Shown here: positions 29,790 through 40,193 of the stretch, piece after piece
How the letters are laid out: every line of letters begins with the position of its first letter
Position numbering within the stretch: position 1 is the first letter of the stretch
Source: Sedimentisphaerales bacterium
GTDB lineage: Bacteria > Planctomycetota > Phycisphaerae > Sedimentisphaerales > SM23-30
NCBI GenBank assembly: GCA_963666285.1
Contig: OY762711.1
Strand: one strand, 5' to 3'
Length of the DNA stretch: 64,000 bases
Program-made: the position numbers and the translations under genes
Notes under the pieces: generated by a model
What the model saw: only the letters and a program-made list of their open reading frames with translations
Told to the model about the DNA's origin: nothing
Database searches by the model: none

Positions 29790-30660
29790 ATATGCGACAG
29801 CTTTAAAGTCGTGAGCGACAGCGAATTATTCCTGATGTCAACGTACATCAGGACACCTCCTTTACACCTTTTATTTTACCCTTTACACTTTGATGCCGTT
29901 TCACGGCACCTGTCTGGTAGGTCCACTCTTCCAGAATAACAACTTACAAAAATACCCGCAAAATCCCCAGCCCGCCGCACTACCACCACAAGCCACCATA
30001 CAGTCGTTCTTATATCCCCTCACCCTTCAATTTCATTCCATTTTTTAACCCATCCTTCACCCCGTCACTCTCACTTATAAATCAATCATCCTCGCCAAAC
30101 CCGTTACCTTCCCTAATACCAAATACCCAACACCTAATACCTTCCTTCACCCCTGAAAACGCTGAGCACAAGCTCGGCACATTATTTAAACAGGTCGCGA
30201 CAGCGACACCTCCACATCATTGGACTTGTCCAATGATGTGCCAGAGTGCGCAGCACGTATTTCCTCTTCACTGACAGCTCGCCGCTGATAGCTCGTTGCT
30301 ATTTCGCTGCTCATCTGTTCTAATCTCTAACGACCTTCCGTCGCTCGGCGTTAGCCGCTTTAAACAAGCCGTCCGCGAAGCGGACACCTCAACTCTTACC
30401 TCTTACCTCTTACTTATTACCTACATTCGCGTCTCCGCTCCGTCCCCGTGTTTGGGCTTTCGCACCCATTCAACGTTCCGCCGTATACTGTCCGCGGCCC
30501 GCAATTCGCCCCCGTTCAAATCCATTTGCCTTTTCACCGCCGTCCACCCGCCGCGCTGCCCCGTTACCTTTCCGCACACCGTCCGTTACCCATTAATTAG
30601 TCGTCGCGAAGCGACACCGCAATTCTTCACTCTTCACTCATCGTTCTTCACTTGATTTTT
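29790..30660. repeat. Field of REP-like hairpins and heptamer repeats (right of IS)
   Basis: GTCGC-GAA/GACA-GCGAC-ACC units; CACATCATTGGAC-TT-GTCCAATGATGTG; TCTTACC, TCTTCAC, TTTACAC and CTAATAC tandem heptamers. Confidence 0.7.
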
Positions 30661-31045
30661 TCTTTGAAAAAATCATCTCGTTTTTACAACCACCAAATCG
30701 CGAAAATCTAAAATCTTCCAAAATTGTTATCCCACTTATCCCCAACACTTTACAAACTTTCAAGCCAACCATCCCACCCAAAAAATCAGCGCACTTTCGA
30801 CATACCGTCCAATAGTAGAGAGCCGACAAAAAAAGAGACCCAATAAAAATCAGCTCTTTATAAAACTTAACAACGACGAAAACTTCGTCTTAAATATAAA
30901 CAACGCTCAATAAAAACTGAATATTTGAATACAGACCTAGCAAATCAGAATGATTTGCCCTCTAGAATTGACAATCTCAATTCGTCTCCGCAAGAGCTCG
31001 ACTGCTAAAACCTAGTCCAGACTATGTCTGGTTGCCAACCTCTCG

Positions 31046-31759
31046 TCAAGTTCCTTTCACGTTACCCCAGAATTCCAGGTGAAGACGCGGCGAAAATAAA
31101 TAGTCATGCTTAAGACACATCTCGGCAATCCTCGGTGCCAGCAGTCGATACTGCTGACGCCCTGCCGCCTTAGGCATAAGCATGGTTTTTTTCTTCAGAC
31201 CTTTTACTCCTATTTCTGACAGCTGGGCAATCTGCTCTAATGCTTCAACAACCTCTCCCATATCATCTTCACCGGCAACTACAAACTTCAGCTGATATGG
31301 ATACTGACGAACATATTTCGCAATCGCGGCATAGTTCAACGCTTGCGACCGGTATTCTTCTATATTATCATAATCCTGGGGATAACTGTTAGACAGCTTA
31401 GGACTTATACTGACAAGATCACAAGGAATAGACACATACTCCATCGCCGATGTTTCGACCGTTAGATGTTCACAAACACCCTTCAACGCTTCCAGCAGCA
31501 GCGAAATATTCTCACACGCCAGCGGCTCTCCACCGGTAACTACCACATGGCCGCAATTGTAGGAAACGGCCTTATCAACTATCGCCTGCACAGAAAGCAT
31601 CTCTGACTCTTCTGTTGACCATGCATATGAAGTATCACACCAGACGCAGCGGAGCGGACAACCTGCCAATCGCACAAATACTGACGGAGTACCTGCCAGG
31701 GAACCTTCACCTTGGATAGAATAGAATATCTCTGAGATTGGATAAACTGTATCACTCAT
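31046..31759 (-). CDS. queE: 7-carboxy-7-deazaguanine synthase (radical SAM)
   Basis: EIFYSIQGEG, RLAGCPLRCVWCDT, TGGEPL, SPKL and SPRLH; GGAG RBS. Confidence 0.92.
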   Translation of the reverse strand: MSDTVYPISEIFYSIQGEGSLAGTPSVFVRLAGCPLRCVWCDTSYAWSTEESEMLSVQAIVDKAVSYNCGHVVVTGGEPLACENISLLLEALKGVCEHLTVETSAMEYVSIPCDLVSISPKLSNSYPQDYDNIEEYRSQALNYAAIAKYVRQYPYQLKFVVAGEDDMGEVVEALEQIAQLSEIGVKGLKKKTMLMPKAAGRQQYRLLAPRIAEMCLKHDYLFSPRLHLEFWGNVKGT

Positions 31760-31828
31760 CAAATATTGTCTCCCTGAAGCAGAATTAATGGCGGGTTTGG
31801 GTAATAATATACTCATCAAGAAAATATA

Positions 31829-32737
31829 CTATATATTTTTTCCGTTTTCCAACCACCACATAAGATCTGCATAATAATATGGTATCTTCAGCTGAAGATG
31901 AATATCCCTAAGTCGTGCTAATATCTGCTCATACAACTCATTCTGCAGCTCGTCGGGAAGGTCCTGACAATAAAATATTCGACATCCGGCTGTTCGGCCC
32001 CGGTACATATCACATCGATTACGGCCGCGATAAATACATTTATCTTTTTCAATAGCTCCGGTAGGTTTCACTTCTCTGGCAAAATGGAAAAACACTGCCA
32101 TCTCTGCCGTTGTTGCATATAAGCGGTGGCCATACGAACCAAAGTCACAGCACTTACCGCAATTTTCACATTTCGGCGCCGCAGATTCGATATAACGATC
32201 AATATCAGAATAAACGTCATAAACCGATTCGATAACAGCCTTATTATCCAGATTATTATTGGCCCATTCAATCGCCTGGTCCGGAACCGGTTTCGATGGC
32301 CGAAGCGGGGCCAGATCTCCATCCCGAATAGCTTCTATTTCAACCTGGCTAAACAGTCTGCCCCGGTTCATACCCGGACATCCCTCTGCCGCATCGTCCC
32401 AGGACCTCTTATTTGCAAGGTTTGTCTTCCAAAACGGCCATGTTCGACACTGTAGCGGACGAACCTGGTAAAGTTCACAGCCTTTTCCGCCCTCAGGACG
32501 TTTCTCAAGGAAGATACAATCGTGGCTCGGACGCTTCTCTTTCAGACTGTATTTTATGCTTACCCTGCGACAGTAGCTATCTTTAAACTCTTTAGCCGTC
32601 ATTCGCAGCTGACCGGCCATAGCCTCTATCTCTCTTTTATCTACCCAGACGTAACCTTCCTCAGGGCCGGAACAGCAGTTACCGCAGCCCTGACATTCAA
32701 AGGTCAGTCCGTCACTATACCATTTATCTTTAGTCAT
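31829..32737 (-). CDS. YkgJ family CxxCxxCC protein with two tandem domains
   Basis: CQGCGNCC...C..Y..RPLQCRTWPFW and CENCGKCC...CDMYRGRTAGCRIFYC. Confidence 0.85.
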   Translation of the reverse strand: MTKDKWYSDGLTFECQGCGNCCSGPEEGYVWVDKREIEAMAGQLRMTAKEFKDSYCRRVSIKYSLKEKRPSHDCIFLEKRPEGGKGCELYQVRPLQCRTWPFWKTNLANKRSWDDAAEGCPGMNRGRLFSQVEIEAIRDGDLAPLRPSKPVPDQAIEWANNNLDNKAVIESVYDVYSDIDRYIESAAPKCENCGKCCDFGSYGHRLYATTAEMAVFFHFAREVKPTGAIEKDKCIYRGRNRCDMYRGRTAGCRIFYCQDLPDELQNELYEQILARLRDIHLQLKIPYYYADLMWWLENGKNI

Positions 32738-32997
32738 AGCATTATGTTACATATTAACTGGAAAAAGACAACTTTTTTTGTATAATAATAACTTATAAAA
32801 CATTGAACAAAAATAGCTTACAGGATTGTCCCTTTTTATTCAAACATGACTGGATTCTTGTTTGACTTACTTTTCTGTCCCCGCTGCTATTTGTAAAAGC
32901 CAATAAGGACTGTAATTAGAACGCAACTTTGAATATGAGTACAGGCCTGCACAAAAGGTCACATGCTCGAATAAACTAAAGAGCCATAGAGATAGTA

Positions 32998-34188
32998 ATG
33001 ATCGAATCCCGCACAACAGAAGTTAGCAGCGAAACTGAAATACGCACTTCATGTTTCACTTTCAACAATCAGAAACATATCTTCTTGTCTTTAAAAAGTA
33101 GAAAAAACGTAGCTGAATTTTCAGTTGTTTTCCGGAGCCTGGCAGAAAAACTTCAAGAATTTAACTCTGATGTAAACTCTATCTTTAGAATGACTTGCTA
33201 TACGAAAGACCAGCAGGATAAAGATGAGGTAAGATCTGCCGTTTCTGATTATTACTCTCCGGTTCCCACCCCTCCGTGTGAAATTGTTGTTCAGCCGTCA
33301 TTGGAAAATTCCAAACTCAGCATTTTTGTCTGGGCGGTCGAAAAAGGCCATGTTGAACATACCGACAATGATGTCGCACTACTGACCGCTAACGGCGAAA
33401 GCCAGTGGATGATGGTGCATAAAAGCTGCGATCTAACCCAGTCATACGAAAACTTTTATAAAAATTATAACGGCATAGCTGCCGCCCTGGAAACAAATGG
33501 ATTTGACCCGGTTGATATAACCAGAACCTGGATATATATTCACGATATCGACGGACTGGACAAATCCGACAACAACTACCAGGGAATGAACCACGCACGC
33601 AAGGAAATTTATAATAAAATCAACTTTGCCGGTCGCACAGACTCATTAGTTGATTTCCCGGCCAGTACGGGAATAGGCCTGCAGGACAGAGCACTAACAT
33701 ATTCTACTCTGGCATGTAAGCCGGGAATGCTGAATAAGGTTATTTCTATCGAAAACCAGGCCCAAACCCCCGCATTTGAGTACCCGGAAGTTGAAAGCAA
33801 GTTTCAACCGCTATTCTCTCGTGCGATCGCCCTGCTCGACGAAGAAAAAGCTTTATGCTCGGTCTCTGGTACCGCAAGTATATTAGAAGCCAAATCCATG
33901 TATATTGGTGATGCAGAAAAACAGACAGAAGTAACTCTGGATAATATAGAAAATCTGATATCAAAAGATAATCTCAAGGCTAATAATATTGAAGTAGCAA
34001 ACGGCGGCCTGGAAGCAGTTGTCCAATTTGTTGTGTATATTAAATACCCGGAAAATCTGGATAAAATTAAATCCATATGCCAAAAAAGGCTCCCTGCCGA
34101 TATCCCGCAATTTTATGTCCACGCCGATGTCTGCCGGGACGACCTGCTGGTCGAAGTTGAGGCATTTACATTACACAAACTCTGCTAA
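32998..34188 (+). CDS. Rid/YjgF-fold protein, FkbO/Hyg5 chorismatase-like
   Basis: RTWIYI, FPASTGIG, IENQAQTPAFEYP, PLFSRA, SGTASI and ADVCRDDLLVEVEA. Confidence 0.75.
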   Translation: MIESRTTEVSSETEIRTSCFTFNNQKHIFLSLKSRKNVAEFSVVFRSLAEKLQEFNSDVNSIFRMTCYTKDQQDKDEVRSAVSDYYSPVPTPPCEIVVQPSLENSKLSIFVWAVEKGHVEHTDNDVALLTANGESQWMMVHKSCDLTQSYENFYKNYNGIAAALETNGFDPVDITRTWIYIHDIDGLDKSDNNYQGMNHARKEIYNKINFAGRTDSLVDFPASTGIGLQDRALTYSTLACKPGMLNKVISIENQAQTPAFEYPEVESKFQPLFSRAIALLDEEKALCSVSGTASILEAKSMYIGDAEKQTEVTLDNIENLISKDNLKANNIEVANGGLEAVVQFVVYIKYPENLDKIKSICQKRLPADIPQFYVHADVCRDDLLVEVEAFTLHKLC

Positions 34189-34223
34189 AATTATATATTC
34201 TAAAATACATAAATAACTTAACC

Positions 34224-34262
34224 AAGGCATGCTAAATATAATCCGGCATGCCTTTTTTTTGT
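34224..34262 (+). terminator. Intrinsic terminator
   Basis: AAGGCATGC...GCATGCCTT followed by a T run. Confidence 0.7.
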
Positions 34263-34410
34263 ATATTTTCAGGAAATCACCTTAAATAGCTTACAATTTT
34301 GTTATTGCTTGTCGGAGCTAAGCTTATTAAAATATTTACTGGTTACAGGCCTACTATGGGCCAACCAACAGTATTATAGATAAGTTACTAGATTGTAAAG
34401 GATTACATAG

Positions 34411-35136
34411 ATGAGCGATACGCTTAAATATAAGAGAGTGTTGTTAAAAATCAGCGGTGAGGGTCTAAGTGGCGGCGGTATCGGCCTTGACGGCAGCGAG
34501 ATAAATGCCGTATGTGAACAAATAGCATCGTTGAGCAAAGCAGGCCTGCAGGTGGCACTGGTTTGCGGAGCCGGCAACATCGTCCGCGGGGCAACTCTCA
34601 ACTCAGAAACTTCTATCGAGCGGGTAACAGCCGACCAGATGGGGATGCTGGCTACTTGTATCAATTCACTCGCCCTGCAGGATGTACTAACCGGCATGGG
34701 AGCCCCCGCCGTAACACTGTCAGCGGTTGAAATGCATGCCGTTTGTGACAGATTTAGTGCAAGACGTGCAAATGAGCTATTAAATGCCGGTAAGGTTGTT
34801 ATCCTGGCCGGGGGAACGGGAAACCCATTCTTTACAACTGATACCTGTGCGGCATTACGTGCCAGCGAGATAAATGCCGATGTTATTATCAAAGCGACCA
34901 AAGTTGACGGTGTTTATAATGATGATCCAATGAAAAACCCTGACGCTACCATGTATGATGAGCTTACCTTTGACCAGGTATTAAAAGATGACCTGAAGGT
35001 TATGGACCATAGTGCAATAACACTATGTAAGGAAAATAATATAGATATTATTGTCTGCAATCTTATGAAAAGCGGTACTGTTGAACGCGTTGTAAAAGGT
35101 GAAAATGCCGGAACTAGAGTAAAATCAATGCCTTAA
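34411..35136 (+). CDS. pyrH: UMP kinase
   Basis: KRVLLKISGE, ADQMGMLAT, GTGNPFFTTD and KATKVDGVY. Confidence 0.97.
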   Translation: MSDTLKYKRVLLKISGEGLSGGGIGLDGSEINAVCEQIASLSKAGLQVALVCGAGNIVRGATLNSETSIERVTADQMGMLATCINSLALQDVLTGMGAPAVTLSAVEMHAVCDRFSARRANELLNAGKVVILAGGTGNPFFTTDTCAALRASEINADVIIKATKVDGVYNDDPMKNPDATMYDELTFDQVLKDDLKVMDHSAITLCKENNIDIIVCNLMKSGTVERVVKGENAGTRVKSMP

Positions 35137-35280
35137 CCAGACCTAAGCAGACATGCTGTTTAGAAAATTAAATAAAACGGCAAAAACAATGCCCGTTTAT
35201 ATTAAACGGATAAATTAAAGCTAAATTAAAACATAGAATTTATACTAATAGAGTAAGTCATAGATATAAAGGAAAGAATT

Positions 35281-35853
35281 ATGCCAGAAGAAATTTCAGT
35301 AGATGAGATATTACTTGAAACAGAAGAAAAAATGGACAAAGCGGTCGAACACCTGAAACACGAATTTAAGGGTTTACGTACAGGTAGAGCCTCAACAGCG
35401 TTAATTGAAAATATTAACGTTGAATATTATGGAACACCAACACCAATGAAACAAGTTGGTAATCTGTCAGCTCCTGAGGCAAATCTGATAGTTATCAAGC
35501 CTTTTGATACTTCTTGTATAAAAGATATCGAAAGAGCTATCATTTCATCTGACCTGGGACTAAATCCTCAAAGTGATGGTCGAATTGTCCGCCTGGCTGT
35601 ACCGCCACTAAGCGGCGAACGACGTCAGCAATTGAGTAACCAGGTTAAACAGCTTGCCGAACAGGCAAAAGTCAGTGTTCGCAATTCACGCCGGGATGGC
35701 AACAAGGCCCTGGACCAGGGTGAAAAAGACAAGGCGTACACAGAAGATGACCGCGACAAGGCCAAAAAAGAAGTTGATGATATGACGAAAAAGCATACAG
35801 ACAACATTGATGAGCTAATGAAGTCAAAAACCGCTGAAATAATGGAAGTCTGA
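35281..35853 (+). CDS. frr: Ribosome recycling factor
   Basis: LRTGRAS, VEYYG, LGLNPQSDG, PPLSGERR and VRNSRRD. Confidence 0.97.
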   Translation: MPEEISVDEILLETEEKMDKAVEHLKHEFKGLRTGRASTALIENINVEYYGTPTPMKQVGNLSAPEANLIVIKPFDTSCIKDIERAIISSDLGLNPQSDGRIVRLAVPPLSGERRQQLSNQVKQLAEQAKVSVRNSRRDGNKALDQGEKDKAYTEDDRDKAKKEVDDMTKKHTDNIDELMKSKTAEIMEV

Positions 35854-36066
35854 TATTCACAGATTTATAAAGGTTATTAACTGCAAATAGCAAAAAAACA
35901 GCAAAAACATGAAATATTCATTCTTATTTTTCGTTTAACCTAATATTTGCTATGTTATTTTGCTTTAAGCCAATATTATACGGCAACTTACGCTTATATT
36001 TGAAATTTCTATAACTTGCGGGCCAGACATTGCTCGCAAGTTATATTTTCAAGTGGGGACGAAATA

Positions 36067-36402
36067 ATGCAGGAATTATTAGAACAGGCAAAAAAACTTG
36101 GGCAAATGATTGCTGACGATCATCGCACAAAAGCACTGAAAGAAATGCAGAACAAGCTTGATACCGATGAGGAAGCCAAAAAACTACTGCAGGACTATCA
36201 GAAGCAATTTGAAAAAATCTCAGAACTGGAGCAGTCTGGAAAACCTATTGAGGTTGACGATAAGCACCAATTACGTAACATTCAGGAGAAAATGGCTGTT
36301 AACGAAACGATAAAGCAGATTTCAGCCAAACAAGTAGAATTTGTCGACATGATGAATAAAGTAAAGGCTGAAATAGATAACCAGATTCAAATTGAGTCAT
36401 AA
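36067..36402 (+). CDS. YlbF/YmcA (Com_YlbF) family helical protein
   Basis: ELLEQAKKLGQMI...DEEAKKLLQDYQ pattern; about 111 aa, helical. Confidence 0.65.
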   Translation: MQELLEQAKKLGQMIADDHRTKALKEMQNKLDTDEEAKKLLQDYQKQFEKISELEQSGKPIEVDDKHQLRNIQEKMAVNETIKQISAKQVEFVDMMNKVKAEIDNQIQIES

Positions 36403-36486
36403 CCACAAGCCAGGCCTTGTTCCATAAAGCCTCAACCACACCACATTAAATTGCATGCCACAGTAATTTGGAAAAGGAATTATACC

Positions 36487-37809
36487 ATGAATAATCGAAT
36501 TTTATTAAAATCTTCATTGGTAATATGTTTATTTGCCTCGATTTCTTTGGGAAATGAGTGGATATCACTTTTTAACGGCAAAAACCTGGATGGATGGACA
36601 AAACGAGGCGGTAATGCCTCCTTCAAAGTTGAAGACGGTACAATAGTAGGATTAAACGGACCTGGACATAACACCTTTCTTTGCAGCAATAAAACATTCT
36701 CAGATTTTGAGCTGGAATTCGATGTTAAATTGTTTACACCGCTAAACTCAGGGGTACAGATACGCTCTGAAACATTTGAAAAGAAAATAGACGGTAAAAA
36801 AGCTGAAGTTATCAGAGGCCCCCAGGTCGAAATAGAACAAGGTCCGGCAGAAGCAGGATATATTTACGGCGAACAGGCCGGTGGATGGATGACTCCGGCA
36901 GATAAGTTAATCAAACACGACACCTTCAAAAACGATGACTGGAACCATTACCGGATAGTTGCAAGAGGTTCCCGCATACAGACTTACATAAATGGTAAGC
37001 AAATATCCGACCTGGTGCATGAGAAGAACTACAAAGCACATCCAAGCGGTTTTATCGGGCTGCAGGTTCACGCAATAAATGCTCCTGCCGGAAGTCATAA
37101 AGTTGCATGGAAAAACATCCAATTACGCGAAACTGACACCGATGACTGGGACGTCTTATTCAATGGCAAGGATCTGTCCGGCTGGATACCAAAGATCACG
37201 GGATACAAACTAGGCGAAAATCCTGGCAATATTTTCCGAGTGCAGGATGGAGTCATCAAGGTGAGATACGACCAGTTTGATAAATTCACCGGTCAATTCG
37301 GCCACTTATTCTTTGAACAGCCGTTTTCCAGCTATATATTCAGGATGGAATACCGCTTTGTCGGCAAACAAACTCCCGGCGGCCCCGGCTGGGCCTACAA
37401 AAACAGCGGTATAATGATACACGGCCAAACACCTGAAAGCATGAAAGTTGACCAGGATTTTCCGAACAGTATTGAAGTACAGCTTTTAGGTGCTGATGAA
37501 GGCCAGGTACGAACGACTGGAAATCTGTGTTCTCCCGGGACAAAATATGAAAAAGACGGTAAAATTGTAACCGACCATTGCGCAAACTCCTCATCAAATA
37601 GTTTCGCAGGAGAACAATGGGTGCAGGTCGAGATACAAGTTGACGGATCAAATGAAATAGTACACTTAATAAACGGCCATGAAGTCATGAGATATCAGAA
37701 ACCACAGCTTGACAATGGAACTCTACTGGAAAGCGGTTCAATTTCGCTGCAGGCAGAAAGTCATGGCTGTGAATTTAGAAATATTGAAATAAAGCCCATA
37801 GACAGATAA
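36487..37809 (+). CDS. Exported protein with two DUF1080 domains
   Basis: Two LFNGK(N/D)LxGW...NSG...G(F/S)IxLQ repeats; signal peptide. Confidence 0.9.
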   Translation: MNNRILLKSSLVICLFASISLGNEWISLFNGKNLDGWTKRGGNASFKVEDGTIVGLNGPGHNTFLCSNKTFSDFELEFDVKLFTPLNSGVQIRSETFEKKIDGKKAEVIRGPQVEIEQGPAEAGYIYGEQAGGWMTPADKLIKHDTFKNDDWNHYRIVARGSRIQTYINGKQISDLVHEKNYKAHPSGFIGLQVHAINAPAGSHKVAWKNIQLRETDTDDWDVLFNGKDLSGWIPKITGYKLGENPGNIFRVQDGVIKVRYDQFDKFTGQFGHLFFEQPFSSYIFRMEYRFVGKQTPGGPGWAYKNSGIMIHGQTPESMKVDQDFPNSIEVQLLGADEGQVRTTGNLCSPGTKYEKDGKIVTDHCANSSSNSFAGEQWVQVEIQVDGSNEIVHLINGHEVMRYQKPQLDNGTLLESGSISLQAESHGCEFRNIEIKPIDR

Positions 37810-37860
37810 ATACATATACTGCCGAATTGGAATGTATAGAGAACAGGAGTAAGCAGATAG

Positions 37861-38295
37861 ATGAAAATAGCGTTGGCTTCGGATCATGCCGGGTTCGAGT
37901 ATAAGGAAATAATAAAGAAATTTTTAATCGAAAAAGGATATGAAATTGAGGATTTTGGTACTTATTCCAACGAATCATGTGCATATCCTGAATTTGTCGT
38001 GCCTGCAGCAAAAGCTGTAGTATCAGGTAGTTGTGATAAAGCAATAGTGCTGGGTGGAAGTGGAAACGGCGAAGCTATTGCCGCAAACAAAGTTAGAGGC
38101 GTACGTTGCGGACTGGCATGGGATCTGCGATCAGCCAGACTTTGCAGAGAACATAATAATGCAAATGTACTGTCTTTAGGCCAGAGAATGATGGCTATTG
38201 AAGAAGCACTCGAAATAGTAGAATTATGGCTGAATACCGAGTTTGAAGGTGGTCGACACCAGGACAGAATTGACATGTTAGATCAGATTAACTAA
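37861..38295 (+). CDS. rpiB: Ribose 5-phosphate isomerase B
   Basis: ASDHAG, GGSGNGEAIAANKV, REHNNANVL and FEGGRH. Confidence 0.95.
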   Translation: MKIALASDHAGFEYKEIIKKFLIEKGYEIEDFGTYSNESCAYPEFVVPAAKAVVSGSCDKAIVLGGSGNGEAIAANKVRGVRCGLAWDLRSARLCREHNNANVLSLGQRMMAIEEALEIVELWLNTEFEGGRHQDRIDMLDQIN

Positions 38296-38313
38296 AACCA
38301 GGACATCTATAAT

Positions 38314-40170
38314 ATGAAAAATACTTTAAAATTTTTAGCAGCTTGTTTAATTATTATAATAGTAATTAATGGATGCAAAGGCCCAAAGCAATATCGCGAA
38401 GAAGCCGACAAAGTGGCATACGACATAATACACGATGCGGAGAAAGATATATTTGATCGTGAATCAGTCTTTACGATAGAAAAGCCTGAGGATGCACTTC
38501 GCAGACGCCTAATGGAAGCACAAGGCCTGCAGTACTCTCATAACGGCTCCCTGGGTATGGAAAATCTTGATAAGCCGGAATTCTGGCCGGAAGAAAACTT
38601 TCCTCCTGTAGCAGAACAACTGGATAATCTAGAAAAATATTCAGATCAAATCATTCTAAGCCTGGATGAAGCTCTAATGATAGCAGCAAAAAACAGCTTT
38701 GAGTATCAAAGTAGAAAAGAAAATGTTTTTTCTGCGGCATTAAATCTTGATCTGGCAGAAAATGTATTTAGAAATATCTATAGTGGAAGTACTTCTCACA
38801 GTATAACCGCTGATACTGATGTACCTACCAGCCCATCCGGCGAAGATGTACTTGTGACTGCCGATAACAGTGCAGAATTCGGAATTAGCAAGATGCTGAA
38901 AAACGGAGCAAGGATATCTGCCTCTCTTGCAATGAGCATAGCGAACCTGCTTACCTTTGGAGATAATGCCTCAAAAGGTTTTGGAGCAGACGCATCTGTT
39001 TCTATCCCCCTTCTGCGAGGCTCAGGTGAACATATTGTCCTGGAAGAGCTGACCCAGACACAAAGAAACCTGGTATATGCTGTTTATGAATTTGAACGTT
39101 ATAAGAAAGAATTTGCAGTGAACATAGCAGGAAGCTATTTTAGTGTTTTGAGACAACGCAATCAGATTGCAAATGCAAAAGCTAACTATGATAGCGTAAA
39201 GATATCTGCGGGTAAAAGTCGCAAACTGGCGGAAACAGGAAGAATGAGTAATGTAGAACGTGACCAGGCAGTTCAGGACGAATTGGATGCAAGAAATAAC
39301 TGGATCAGTACCCAGCAATCGTATAACAGCACCCTGGACTCATTCAAAACAACTTTAGGTTTACCGCCTGACGCAGACATAGAACTGAATAGCGATGAGC
39401 TAGAAAAACTGGTTGAATATACAGGTAAATCGCTGGATATCAACCTGAAACCCGACCTTAAAACGCCTGTTGAATTTAAAGATATACCAGGCCCATATGA
39501 ACTGGATGAAAAACTGGCGATTGAGCTGGCTCTGAAAAACAGATTGGACCTGAAAGTTTCACAGGGTGAAGTTTACGACAGGCAAAGAAATGTTATAATC
39601 AGGGCTGACCGATTAAGAGCAGAAGTAACTCTTAACGGCAGTGCCCAGTTTAGTGACAGCAATGCAAAATCTCTGCTAAATGACGGTCAATATAGAGCAC
39701 TTTTAACTATTGATTTGCCCATCGAGCGTACCAGCGAACGAAATTCATACCGCGAAAGTTTTATAAGTCTGGACAGGAGCGTTCGCAGTTTACAACAAAC
39801 AGAGGACCAGATCAAACTGGAAGTACGTAACAAACTCCGCAGACTTCAGGAACAAAGATTAAGTCTTCAAATTCAGGCAGAATCTGTAAGACTGGCACAA
39901 AACCGTGTTCGCAGTACAACAATGTACCTGGAAGATGGTCGAGTGCAAATGCGAGACCTGCTGGATGCGGAAAGATCGCTGCTAAGTGCCAAAAATAATA
40001 TAACCAGCAGTATTGTAACGTATCGCCTAACCGAATTGGAGCTGCAACGAGATTTGGGACTGCTCACAATTGATAATGACGGCTTATGGGTCGAATTTGA
40101 CCCTAAAAATATAGACGCCAACCAGACACCTGCGGCAGCTAAACACGAGCAGAGTTCTACCGATGCTTAA
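38314..40170 (+). CDS. TolC-family outer membrane efflux lipoprotein
   Basis: Lipobox INGC; LSLDEAL, SIPLLRG and ALKNRLDL; TolC-like helical repeats. Confidence 0.85.
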   Translation: MKNTLKFLAACLIIIIVINGCKGPKQYREEADKVAYDIIHDAEKDIFDRESVFTIEKPEDALRRRLMEAQGLQYSHNGSLGMENLDKPEFWPEENFPPVAEQLDNLEKYSDQIILSLDEALMIAAKNSFEYQSRKENVFSAALNLDLAENVFRNIYSGSTSHSITADTDVPTSPSGEDVLVTADNSAEFGISKMLKNGARISASLAMSIANLLTFGDNASKGFGADASVSIPLLRGSGEHIVLEELTQTQRNLVYAVYEFERYKKEFAVNIAGSYFSVLRQRNQIANAKANYDSVKISAGKSRKLAETGRMSNVERDQAVQDELDARNNWISTQQSYNSTLDSFKTTLGLPPDADIELNSDELEKLVEYTGKSLDINLKPDLKTPVEFKDIPGPYELDEKLAIELALKNRLDLKVSQGEVYDRQRNVIIRADRLRAEVTLNGSAQFSDSNAKSLLNDGQYRALLTIDLPIERTSERNSYRESFISLDRSVRSLQQTEDQIKLEVRNKLRRLQEQRLSLQIQAESVRLAQNRVRSTTMYLEDGRVQMRDLLDAERSLLSAKNNITSSIVTYRLTELELQRDLGLLTIDNDGLWVEFDPKNIDANQTPAAAKHEQSSTDA

Positions 40171-40193
40171 TTAATATCATTGGGGGTTCAGTA

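Noticed and set aside
29790..30660. Possible CRISPR array or integron attC array
   Set aside because: Repeats are heterogeneous and irregularly spaced; no cas gene, integrase or cassette ORFs between them.
30296..30829. ORFs 30296-30655 (+) and 30638-30829 (-)
   Set aside because: Translations of repeat or low-complexity DNA with no protein-like features.
30868..30913. AACGACGAAAACTTC resembling a tmRNA tag (NDENF)
   Set aside because: No tmRNA 5' end or tRNA-like 3' end, and the peptide does not end in AA; explained by a small hairpin.
30985..31040. c-di-GMP-I riboswitch-like fragments (GAC..GC.AAAACC...GGTTGCC)
   Set aside because: Lacks the GGCAAA plus GAAA-tetraloop P2 stem and has no downstream gene on that strand.
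32742..32752. Second TTATGTTACAT XerD-like arm
   Set aside because: No XerC-like arm 6 bp upstream; that position is the start of the ykgJ-like gene.
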